This document shows positions 12,141 through 24,900 of a DNA stretch of 64,000 nt, in pieces. The first letter of the stretch is position 1. Each line of letters opens with the position of its first letter. The position numbers and the translations under genes are program-made. Under the pieces are notes generated by a model. The model had not been told where the DNA came from. It did no database searches and was given only the letters and a program-made list of their open reading frames with translations. Source of the stretch: Lytechinus pictus (taxonomy: Eukaryota); assembly GCF_037042905.1 (NCBI RefSeq), contig NC_087245.1, forward strand, positions 32,862,001-32,926,000, read 5' to 3'.

Positions 12141-12266
12141 TCTTGTCGAGGCCCTGGCGGCTGCTTCCCGAGCGAAGCGAATTAGGCATGGCGCGGCGCT
12201 CTCCTTCGCTCTCTCCCTCGCTTCGCCATGTTCGCTCGGAAAGCAGCCGACAGGGCCTCGACAAGA
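12141..12266. repeat. GC-rich inverted repeat (hairpin MITE)
   Basis: TCTTGTCGAGGCCCTGGCGGCTGCTTCCCGAGCGAA pairs with TTCGCTCGGAAAGCAGCCGACAGGGCCTCGACAAGA; inner CATGGCG/CGCCATG also pair. Confidence 0.9.
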
Positions 12267-15200
12267 GGCTACAACACCGTCTGCCCAAAGTGCTCTATTA
12301 TATTTACACCCTAAAACTCCCAAACACAAAAGCCTATCCCAGGCTGAATGTAATAAGGCATGCATTTCAATTAGCGCTGGTATTAAATGGTTTTGAGACA
12401 TTTCTGGCCCTTCCTTCAGGGGTCAATCCTTTCTGTATATTGATATATGAATTTGTGCAAAGTTATTTTCTCTTGTTTGTATACGTGGACATAAAAAGGC
12501 TACAATGTACTCCTTTGTTTATTCTATAAGCTTTTGATAACTAATCAAAAATCTACATTATGTGTAATTCAATTACCTGATTATTTTAAAGAAATATCTC
12601 TCCATTGATATTATCGCGATGTAAATTAATAGATATAAAGTCTCTGTAACTAGTGTTTCTTCGTTCAATGTTTGTCTTTCCTCGTACACAGCATTATCTC
12701 AGATTTGTACTTTGTATTAAAATAATTTTATCCACAATTGTTTCGATGAGTTTTGAAATGTGGTAAACGATTTACGGTTCCATTTTTCTTTAAATGGGCG
12801 TGGGGAGGGGGGGGTACCATTTCCCCATCCCACCTCCTAGGGGCAAAAAGCAAATGTAATGAATGGAGAGAGAAACTGTGTAAGGAAATTTAAAATACTT
12901 TTAGAACGGCTTTTATGGTCGGGGAAAGAGGGATGCGGAATATGAAAGAAAGGGGTGAGAAAGAGGAAAGGAGAAAATGATAAAGTAGTGTGGCATGCAA
13001 GGTTAATGAAATAATTTAGTTCGAGGAAGATCACCAGACATTTTAAAAGTGATTTTAATCTGCTCTATCTCCTCTATCCTCACACTCCACCGGGTCCACC
13101 CCCTCTCTCTCCCTCCCTTTTCTACTCTCTCCCATTTCTCACTTTCTCTCTCTCACTCTCTCCCCCTCTCTACATCTCCTCTCCCCTCTCTCTCCCCCCC
13201 TCTCTCTCTCAGAACCATCTTCCGTTTTTTTTTATTACTCGCCTGTCTACATATTCGCATCTCGGACCAAAAAAATCAATTTAGAATCAAATACACGCTC
13301 AAAACCATATCGTTTGTCAATGCTTATTTAATTGCTGGAAAAATAAAGACTCACTAATACATGAATACAAGAAGACTATGTTTTTGTTCTCTTATTTTTT
13401 TTACTGTAAGCCCGCTTACGATATATAATAAGCGCCAACATAACCATTACTCATTGTACTTCATATTATTCCGAAACTCCATAGCCAAAATAACCCATTT
13501 GCAAGATAGAAATGTAACTTTTTTGTATAATATTGGAATTATGTTACAACAATTCAACATGCATAAACTGTCACAATATAGCATATGAAGATGCGAGGGT
13601 GTGTTCTCAAATTGTAAACGAATAAAGAAACTAAATCCCATTTGGACTCTTGATATTCGAATCAAATGACCCCCCCCCCCGAGCTCCTGCTCCCAACTCC
13701 TTCCACATCCATGCCCCTTCACTTTTTCAGTATGCCATAACAATTGCTCACTTATATGATACAAACATTTTGTTCGCAAACGTATAAATGAAAATCTCTT
13801 TACAATACTTCATTCATTTTTTGTTATATCTCTTCATGTCCATTAACCTCTTTCAGTGCCAACATCAATTTAGTTACAGTCAGAATACACTGAGCAATGA
13901 GACATATTCATCACATAAAATAAGATATCTTTGAGCATTCAAATAGTAATAGAAAAACAACATAGATTACGATTGCATAAACATGTACATATATATATAA
14001 CCTTTAAGTTGACGCGAGAGGACACAATATGATTTCATCTAATCAGCGGTCTACCATATTTCTAAAATTCCACGAATACCACTGAAATTAATATATTTTT
14101 TATATCATCATCTCAAAGTGTATATACTACAGTATACGTGTACATATAAAAAGGAGTAAAAGCTTTTATTAGTTTGAATTACTTTAAAATGATACTCCTG
14201 GGGACCAAGTAGTCTATTTGATCATTTAGATCGTGTTCAGTAATATATCTACCAAATGCTTGAATTAATCACATTCATAGATGAAAGTAGCATCGTACAA
14301 GTAAATATAACACAAAGGTTAAAGGCAGACATTATATTTTTTTGAAAATTTACAGTGTAATATTCAAATTCACTTTACAAATTACGATTTTCGGTATAAA
14401 TTCTAGGAAGAAATATACCAAAGGCTACTGATTTCTATATTAAAATCACATAGTTTTAAGAATTTAAAAAGCAATAAGTTAAAAACCTTAAATTGTGAAT
14501 AAGAAAACTACGATATCACTTTGTACAAATTTAATATTCGGCATTTATTAACCTAATGAATTACAACTGCTTTGAAGTGCATGATTCATTGAATTCAATT
14601 TATGATTCAATTTAGGTAGATTGCAGCACAGTTTTTTCAAAATATTGCAAATATATATTCACCATTGGTTCTAACCATCCAAATATCACTCAGGAAGATT
14701 AATTTTATATGTATCAAAATGTCGAGAAATCAGTTATCCATAGGATTAAAAATATCAATAAAATCAGAAAGACGTGGTATTTTTTTCAGTTACACATTTA
14801 CGATAAACAATTATTGAATAAAATATACAAATATATCATTGCGTTCATTACTAAAATTCATTTCGAAATTGCTTTGAAAATTTATTCAAGATTGCTTTGA
14901 AAGACTGATCAGAAGAAAGACGTAAAACGCACATATGCATAGGAATTCATTAACATTTCTTTCTGAGTTGATAGCTGGCTAAGCATAAATCATGAATACC
15001 ATTAGATTTGTGATTTTTGAATTATGCGAAATTACATTTTTAACGGAATTATCCGCAAAGGCAAAGCACACACCATAATCCAATATCATGTCAAATACTT
15101 ATCATTTTATTATGGAAGTAGACATACCCTCTCCGAATTCCGTTCGGTTCTGCAGTATTTTTATTTTTTAAAGGAGATGAATATATTTTCACACACACGC

Positions 15201-15853
15201 GTGCAAATGAATACAAAATGAATACTTTTACCGCGGAAGACTGTCAGAAATTTGTAAAATCTACAAGATTTTAAAATCACAAAACCCGTGATCCTACTTT
15301 TCAAGAATTTAATCTCTAAATCTGGAAGACGGCTATATGCATATATCACCCCCTCCATATATAAAAATCAAGAAATTCTATATAAAGATTATCACATGTT
15401 TTGTCATATTTACAGTTGTAATCTATGTTGGAGAATTCTCATCAAGTGATTGCTAAGATAGAATCGAACAATAAGCCTTCTCTTTGTTATTAAAGCTCCT
15501 CTTGAATTTGTATTATAGGCCAACCGCAGATTTCGGTGCAATTTCTATGACGCACATGCGCACAAGTGTTTTGACAAGATATACGCGTTACAAGAAGTAG
15601 TTTGGCAAATCTAAACTTGTTCACATCACCTGAAAACTGCATGCTACCCTCTGATTACGTCACCATGTAGGGCAACATAAGGTCTTAATCACACCAAATA
15701 TATCCAACTTATTGGCCTAGATTCTACCATCTTATTGTAAAATTAAATTAAACCAGTGGGAACTCTAGGTCGTATTCAAAGACCTTCTTGAAATCACCCG
15801 AACTTTAGTTGATTGTTACGTCATAAAATTGACGGCCTTTTCGCGTTCTTTTT

Positions 15854-15971
15854 TTAAAAACGCGTATCGTCCATATCGGCCTGAACGCCGAAACTTGAGG
15901 TACCGCTTGGGAGTTCGATTCCTTCTTCTGGGTTTGCTTCTGCGTCCTTGATTGTTTTAGACGCGGCACGG
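15854..15971 (-). CDS. SLC4A10-like: SLC4 alternative terminal exon ([38 protein letters not shown])
   Basis: atttacag acceptor; in frame with the phase-2 donor CG|GTACGA at 17164/17163; GC-rich island in AT-rich DNA; ends in a T-x-F PDZ motif. Confidence 0.8.
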
Positions 15972-18900
15972 CTGTAAATAAATATGATATCATAGGATGC
16001 AAACAAATGGTTAGTTTAATTTGCCTTATTTTGACCGAATACAGCCGCTACATCATGCGCAAAAAAAAACACCCTCTATTATACCCCAATTAGATTGCTT
16101 TTTGCCGTTGATTTCGATTTATAGGCGTACATAAAATATGATAAACTTCTTCTGGTAAATGAATTTATATTACAAGATATAAATACAGGAGGGTCTATCT
16201 ATGGTTAACTTATTGAAGCCAAAATTATAAATATTGCATTATAAGATATACAACAATAGAGAGATCTCCGAGACTCTATAGGCACTCGATTTCCCAGTCC
16301 ATGTACAATGCCGGAATGGAAATGCAAATAATTTTTCATCCAGAACTTGAATACTTTATGTCAGATACTACATTACCAAGCAAGATTCAAATATGGTATT
16401 CTATGTTAGAAAGTAAAACACATCATGCAAGTTCTCCTTTTTTTTTAAATGAAAGATCGGGGAGCGTTTCATGAAAAGATCTGTTAGTGGTTTTCACGGA
16501 CTTGTGCGCTCTCATCCAATCAGATACGAGGATTTGCGACCAAACTACCATGAAACCCTTCCCGGCTCGTGCACGTGACCGTAATCCATACAACGTTCAA
16601 ACAACATGCTGCAAAACTATCTCCGATTGACAGATAAGCAAGCGAAATAATTATACTTAAGGAATCATTTTCAAGGAAGCATGCAAATATTATAAAGAAC
16701 ATAAAATGTGACAAAAATGAAACATGTAAAGTGTAGTACAAGAAGATATGAACGCATCTATTTCAGTAATTCAGCTCGAAACATTATTAATCGCTTATTG
16801 ATTTTATCAAATTATGTGTTATTTCAGTTTCGACTCGATGGAATATTTGGTGCATTCTTTGAATTGTGCAAACATGTCACAAACAAAACACAAACAAACA
16901 TAAACCACGAATTAATAATCATGAACAATTAGTACGTCAGTAAATTCTGGGTTTCTAGCTTAAGACAGGTTTTGACCATGGTTGGATTTCACGAGGATTA
17001 AAATGGTGACACGAGGTTAGAGTTCATGCGGGTTAGAGTTGATATGATAAAATTTCCGGGTCGCGGTCATCTGTACATGCAGTGTCCTCATTCCATCATG
17101 CAAGGAAGATATTAGAACTTATCTTCCTGTGTTTCAATGTTAACTTCTTCAATTCTATCGTACCGGTTGCGGACAGTGGGGAGGGGCGATCCGCTGAGCT
17201 TGCTGAGCGCCTTGGCGTTCTCGATTTCAGAGTTCATTTCCGAGTCACGTGGGGTGTACGTCACCTTCTCAGCGGGCACGGTCAAGGTCTGACCGCTCTC
17301 CAGTGCGATGGTGAGTGTACCTGTGCGAGCACGGGTCACCTGTGATTTCAAATAAATACAATTGCACACGACACCAAAACGACAATGTTAGAAATGGATA
17401 TTAGTATTTCCACACAATAACAACAACACAACATGAAAGTTTTGCGTGTCAACGAGTCCGAAGATGACATCTCCAACACATAAAACAATGACGGTTGTGA
17501 CGAAACATCTATGACTATTGACTTGAATACAACAGGATTCACAATTTGGGGGGTACTTACTTTATGACATGCAAACTGTCGATATTCTTCAAGTGGCTTC
17601 TTAGAAAACCTTTAAAATGATTACAGAATTTCTGTTTTTTGTTGTGGGGGGGGGGGGGGGTGGTAACGATAGAGCAATTAGAACTGTGTTAATCATAATT
17701 ATGAAAGCAAAACACTATATACTGGATAAACATTACTTCTATGCATTGAACCTCCCAACAATTATTTATATTTCTTATTCGAAACAAAGTCAATGAAATA
17801 ACAACCAATTCAACAATATTAGAAGGGTCATGAATAAATGGAAAAGACACGAATATGCTCAGCGTAGATTCTTTTAAACTATCTATTTGAGTACGTATAA
17901 TTATTTTAAAGTAATTCTTGTCAAGTAACGGACATTGTCATTTTGGAAGAAAAGTAGAGCTAAAAGAACAGTATCGGGTGAGTGTAGTGGGACTCTAGAA
18001 ACAAAAGAAAATCGGGGTTCTTGTGAAGAGCGAGAGAAAGAAAATAAGGAGAAAAAAAACATAAGGGGGGGTCAAGAAAGAAGAAAATGGTCTACAGTAC
18101 GAGATCGAGTCACGTGACTAACCTGCTCGCGTTCCTCCTCCAAAATCTTTTCCTCGTCGTCCTTGGCGCGCTTTTGACTTTCAGGTATGACGTCATCCAG
18201 TACGTTCAACTCGTACTGAGTGAACACGAATTCCATGAGTTTACGGACGAAGACAACGGCCAACACCTAGGATAAGAGAACGGAACACATCTTTATTGTG
18301 GTCAAAATATAGGATACACACTTTTTTTGGACGGAACCATGAGAGACGGTAGGCCTACCTTTACTCAGAATGCTTCGTGAACCGCGTCTGCAAACATTAT
18401 ATAGGCCAAAGGACATGCGATGATTGGTTGCTTGGTTATTCCATGGGGCACCGTGCCCCCAAAATTGTCTGGTTACTGTTATGTAAAGTAAACTACCCAC
18501 TCAAGATATGTTTTTAACGTAAGTAGAATATCAATTCAATTTAACTTCTTATTGCCTACATACAATAAAGCGAACAATCTTCGCCACATTTCATTTAAAT
18601 TCTTTGCATAAATTTTCACTTTTTCAAAATTGTTGTGTTCTTTGTGAGAACCTCCAGAGAGCAATGGAGCATTCCATGAAACAAAGTGGTCAGTGGTAGT
18701 CACTGGCAGCTGTTGCAAGCTACCGAAATCCTTCCATCTGATTGGCTCAGAGCAAATTAGTCAGTGAAAATCATCGACTGTATGGTTCATGAAACACCCC
18801 GTCTGTCAAGCCTCCGCTAAAAAAAAAAGCTGCGTCAAATGGTTGACAACGATGTCGACGACGATAACAATGACGATGTTAACCTACCATGAGAGGGAAG

Positions 18901-21900
18901 ACGATTGATGCCTTTGATGTCTTGATGAGCCAGAGCAGAACAAGACACGTCAGCTGGACCAGGGTGAACAGATGAACCCTCCATAGCTTTACGTGGCGAA
19001 GGTAGACATAGTCGGGTTGATGTTTGGCCGGGATCAGGTACAACATGATACGGTTCACGAACTGAAAAGGATAATGTATATAAAAATGAATTAAGGCCAA
19101 AGAATCTAACGGTGCCTTGTAGGAAATTTTCGTTCAGATTTTCAAAATTTAGCATAAGTCCCAGCATACCTCCTTTAGTGAAACGGCAATTGCTTCATTT
19201 GCATTCGGTTGCAAACCAAACTTTCTTGAATGGCCCAACAAAAGTTTGCACTACATCTCATGCATCATCTTAAATCGTGTATACATTGCGTTCTAGTTAG
19301 GTCTTTTTCCCACATGAAAATCAGATTTTAGATAAAAAACTGATTATTATGATATAGGCCTACTCTTTCATTGAGCTGACAATTAAAAATTTGTCACTTT
19401 ATATTCTTTCGGTTTACGTAAAGTTTTCTCATATTGCATCTAAACTCTGACTCAGTCAGCCCATAGTCCTTCACCCATTGTCTATTTCCATGAAGAGGGA
19501 TATCCCCAGAGGGGGGAAATCCCGGAAAGAGGGGAAATCCCCAAAGAGAGAAATTAACAAACATACCTGAACTCCACGCAGTGATGAGATACCCATGTAC
19601 AAGAAAACACCAAAGAGAACGGGCATGGGGATGAACTGGGGGGGAAAAAAAAAACGAAGTTAGATTACGAATTTTAACAAATCTTAAATGGATTTAATCA
19701 CGTCGTAAGATCATTTCTACTGTATGTAGCATGTTTTCCGCACCGTCCGGATTTTTTTTAAGGCTTTGGTTAAAGATGTGAATATACTGAATTGTCTTTT
19801 TTGTCATTTGATTGAATAATACCTTGGCTTACACTCAAAGAAATGAACCTTTATTATGAGTAGTTTATTTTTGAATGGCTGTAAACATGAAATATAAACA
19901 CATGTGTAAAGGGGCATTGGACTCGGACTACATTGAACTTTCTGCCATAGACCTATGTAGGGCCTACATTTTTGATGAAATTGATGATATTACAGTCACA
20001 CATACCTTGAAAGTGTCTGATCGAATTATATATTTTTTCTTCTTCCTTGGTGGAATCCCCCCCCCAAAAAAAAAAAAAAAAATCAAAGTTAATTATTTTT
20101 TAATAACAACTTTGCAGTGTTAACCAACGTCTTTAGTGATATAAATAGATAAGGGTCCATACCTTAAGAACTGAAGTTAGCAGACTGGATACACCAATTA
20201 AAGCAAACACCAGGATACCAGTAACACGTTGCTCCCTACGGAATTAAACCAGAACAGTAAAATCTGTCATAATGGTGGCTATAAAAGTTTACCCTGATGA
20301 TAAGTTAGTTTTTATAAAAGCAGAAAAAATTAATATGATGAATATAAATATTGTTCTTATAGTAGTGGTGTGAACGGATGTTGTATGATATATCCACCGC
20401 ACAATCACTTTCAAATTTTTGTTAAAATGCCATTTTGGGGAACTTGTATCTAACGACATTTGGAAAAGCTTGAATATTCAAATCTCCGTTCTTCTTTGAC
20501 AGATGTTCACAGCGTGCATTAGGCCTATTGTTCCTTCTGGATTGTATTGTGCATCTTACAGAAATTTTCACTGCAAAAAACGTTAAAAAAACACTCTCAA
20601 AAGATTAACGCCTCACTCCAAAAAAAAATGGCCCGTCATTTCACTCCAAGAAAAGCGTAATGAGGAACCAGATGAGATCTTGTATTTAGGAAGGACAGTT
20701 CTTTATGAAACTGGCCCCAGATCATACCTGCAGCCTACGGCCTTGGGGGGCTCTCCGGGAATGGTGGTCTCCGAGATGACACGCAAGCTGTCGACGTGGT
20801 TGATAGAGAGAACGGTAGCGGCGACGAACCACGGCATACCGAGCACAGACATGACGAAGAGGAGAATGGCGATGACGAGGAGATCCAGATGGTAGCCGAA
20901 TCCTTTCTATAATGTCAAGAACGTCGATGAAAAACTTCAGATTTATTCATAAAAAATTATTACATTTTTATCTTTTGGTTAATTTGATGAGCAGTTCCAT
21001 AAAATAATCAACCTTTTTTGTACGTCCGACCTTTATTTCACGCCATTCTTACTTCACTTCATAAAGTTCTCGTGTCATTAAAGAGCATTATAACATTTCA
21101 TATAAACTAAAACAAAATTTGTAGGGGCCGGACGTTGCCCTGATAATATCTTGGGGTCTATTCGACATGATATTTTAATGCTGATTATGATTAAAATTCA
21201 TTTTATTTTTCATTTTCACTATTTCAAATTTGTAATATGTATAGAATAATTGTCGACTTTGTCATAAAAAAAAACAGTAATTAGCAGCAATTACCTTGAG
21301 TTTATTTTCGCGACGGTTGACGATGACGGCCGTGATCTGTTGGTCCATGAAGATGAGGATGGAGCAGAGAAGGGCTGGGACGATGGCGGCGAAGTAAGTC
21401 CACCAGGGGTTGTTGAAGAGTGGGATCACCCATCCACGGTCTGGGCGAGTAGGCTAAACAAGGATAAACAAAATAAATGAATACTTGTAATTAAAGTGTA
21501 AAGGCAATACGATACGTGTATGAAAGTCGTTGGATATCTACTGTAGTATTAATGCTGTTTCTCGACAAATTTTTGGCTCGTGTTTGTCAAAATGCTTATT
21601 TAATGAGCATGAACAAACATGCACGGACAACAAAGTATTTATTGAAGAGTAATAAGGCAGTGAAAATCATTGCATTTCATTAACAAAAGGAAGACGGAAT
21701 GGGTGATATTCAGACAACTGCAGTCTTTTTGCAATCCTCCTAAACGCCATCTACAAATAGAAACATTGGGAGTCGAACGAACATTGCATGTGTGACTCTT
21801 AAATAACCCTATAAAAGAAAGAAACTATTAATACATACCCTGAATGTGTCTGGTACGGTGAGCTTAGGAGTTGGGATGCCCACCCAGATATCGATTCCAG

Positions 21901-24900
21901 TCATGGCCAAGAAAGCCATGAACACACCGAAATCACTGATGATGTAACGGACCTGCGCATTATAAAGTGACAAGGTTAATCAAGATATTGCCATGTGGTA
22001 CTTGTTTGATGAAATTGATAAATACAGTGACATTACGAATGTTTACTTGAAAGGGTTGGCACAATACTTTGATTTACAACTATCTCTATCATATTGATTC
22101 AAACAACCTATGTTAGTATCAATCGCATATATTCTGTTGTTGATAAGCACATGTTATTAGTCGCCAGGGAAGGTTCTCTGTAAATAGCCAAAATAGTAAT
22201 TTGGTCTTTAGAAAGCATTCCCCTAGATATATGTATTATATATTTATGAACTGTTTACAAATAAGAGATCATAAATGAATGGAATTGTTGTTTTTGAGTT
22301 GAAAATGTAATATTTCAAAGACGTTTTTAGAGTGAGTGTTGTGTGTTTATATAGACTCAACAAAGACAGAACGGTTGCAGGCCGCAAGCGTGATTTTACT
22401 TACCTTGGTTGGGAAGAAGTTGCTATTGCGGAAGTTCTTGAGAGCATAGGAGAGGACAAAGGTGCCGAAGAAAAGCGCGCAGGAGAACAAGAAGACATCG
22501 GGGACAGGCTCGTGGTGGGTTTCACAGTCTCCGGTCAGGGTTCCGTTGATGGCTTTGCAGTCGTCTTCGGTCACCTCTGTCCAGTTATAGTGATTCGGGT
22601 CGATGGTCTCGTTCTGGTACTCGCACATGCATTCCGTTACGTTCATAGCGTGCTCGTCGAAGTACTCTCCGAGCTTCACGTTACTGAGGAATACAAAAAT
22701 GCAGAAGGTGAGAAGACGCCATTTTTGGTCATATACACGAAAGTAGAAAATGTTTGTCAACGATTAAAACACGAAAGAAGAGAGTGTTCATCAACAATTG
22801 AAAAGTATTGATTGAAAAGTAAAGAAATGTAACAATTGATATTGATTTGATAGATTTTTCTACTAATTGTTTTTTTTAATACTTTTATAACACCATCAAA
22901 GACATGATCGAATCTAGTGAATTTAATTAATGTTTCACCGTTTCATCAACCAATGAAGTGCGTCCTATGTTTTTAGTGTGCAACAATTAAATGTACTATG
23001 AAAGTTGCCATGATGGCAAAATTAGAATAGTCTATAGGACCCTTAAGTTAAAGAGCAGAGTTTTGTGTCTGCATGAGCACTCATCCAACAAAAGGCCCTG
23101 AGAAAATTGCTGTTTTAAAATGGTTGTTTTAATGAACTTCATTTTAAAAGAAGTTGACCGACTCACGTCTTGATCGGGTACTCGTGGCTGATCTCGAACA
23201 GGTTCTCAAAGGCTTCTACGATGAAGATAAACGAGATGAGAGACGAGAAAGCCTCTTCCGTGAACCTGGTGAAGTATCGAACCAAGGCACTGGCATCTGT
23301 AGCCACCAAGATGATGCAGATTACACACGTCCAAAATCCGATCCAAACACGGAACGAGATATAATCAATTCCAAACGAACTGCAAGGAGAATAAGATCAT
23401 GCATTCGTTAATTATAAAGTTTACCAATAATCATAGACAGCTATTTCGTAAGAGTTTTTGTCCATTTGCTGGGTGACGAGATAACCATCTACCGTTGGCG
23501 CTTGTATAAATTCGAAAAATCGAGGGGGCACGTCCGCCCCCCTCTCACCCAGGGATCATCAAGGTCAGTAATGCTTTGATAAATCTCAAGTAATTGCAGT
23601 AACAGCAAGGCTATAGTAAGTCATTTAGCGAGCTTATTGTTGGTGCCACATTAGTGTCATTATTGTTCCAAGGTTTCGATTTAGCGCCCCGAGCTCCAAA
23701 ACTTACTCAGAATATCAGTTGATATATAACCTAGTTGACTAGGTTCAAACACCACTCTTGACAATCATTCCAATCATCAAGTTGGACACTTTAAGCTGCC
23801 CACTTACCCACAAAGTTGGTACATGATGGTCTCAAAGATGAGGATAGGCCCCGTACTACCGATAATCGTTAGAGGTTGACCAGAGAAGAGATGGTACGCA
23901 ACTCCACAGATGGCAGCTCCAATCAAACTCTCAAAAGCAGCCTGTGATTGGTTTGAATGATAAAGTACATGATAATAGTGTTGGTGGTGGAGGTGGTGAT
24001 GGTGGTGATGTTGATGATAATGATGGTGATGATGACGACAATGATGGTGGTGGTGTTGATGACGATAATAATAATGATGATGATGGTGGTGGTGATAGTG
24101 ATGGTGATGATGACGACGATGGTGATGATGATGATGAAGATTACGATGATGATGATGATGATGATTATGATGACGATGTTAATGACGATGAAAACACCAT
24201 CAACACGATCAATGATGACAAAGATGATGATAAAAATCATGATGGTAATAATGTTAATGACCAAGTCGAACTTGCAAAAAGACATAAGAACCATATTGCA
24301 ATAGTTTAACCTAACATATTCACAATAATTAAAGAAGTCTTTAGGACTATAGGATGCCCAATATGTTTAAATTAATTTAAATTATAATGTATCAAACCTT
24401 ATATATTTTAACACGCACATCTTACTATTATTCTGCCGAGCCGAATGTCTCACATGTTATGTAGGACAACTTTCCATATGAAATGTCATACATTCCCTCT
24501 TAAAACGAAAACATCGATCCGTCTCGAGACTTCAGAAAGTTTGAGGTATACACCGGAAGTTCAGAGCACCTTGGACTTGCTGATATACTTACAATGTAGT
24601 CATCCGTGGCATCACCAAGCAAACCACCGAATGTGATGATGGGGGTGATACAGGCGATGTACATGAAAACAAAGGATGCCAGGCATTGGATGTTGAGGGC
24701 GTGGTAGTATTCGCTCCAATAGAACGGTGCTTTCTTCTTGATGTCTTGGATTAAACCACCGAATAATCTGAAATAATCAGAAATATCTACGATGTAATTC
24801 CTTGCATCACAAGATGTAGCGTTTCGCTGAGTTTAGAACACTATCAATTAGTGCAAAGAAAATTTTCAATGCCACTCGGGCCTATCATTCTGGAAACAAC

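Noticed and set aside
23923..24309. Asp/Gly-rich ORF resembling an acidic biomineral protein, plus poly-Ile and poly-Met ORFs
   Set aside because: All are frames of a (GAT)n microsatellite in an SLC4 intron; no signal peptide or credible start.
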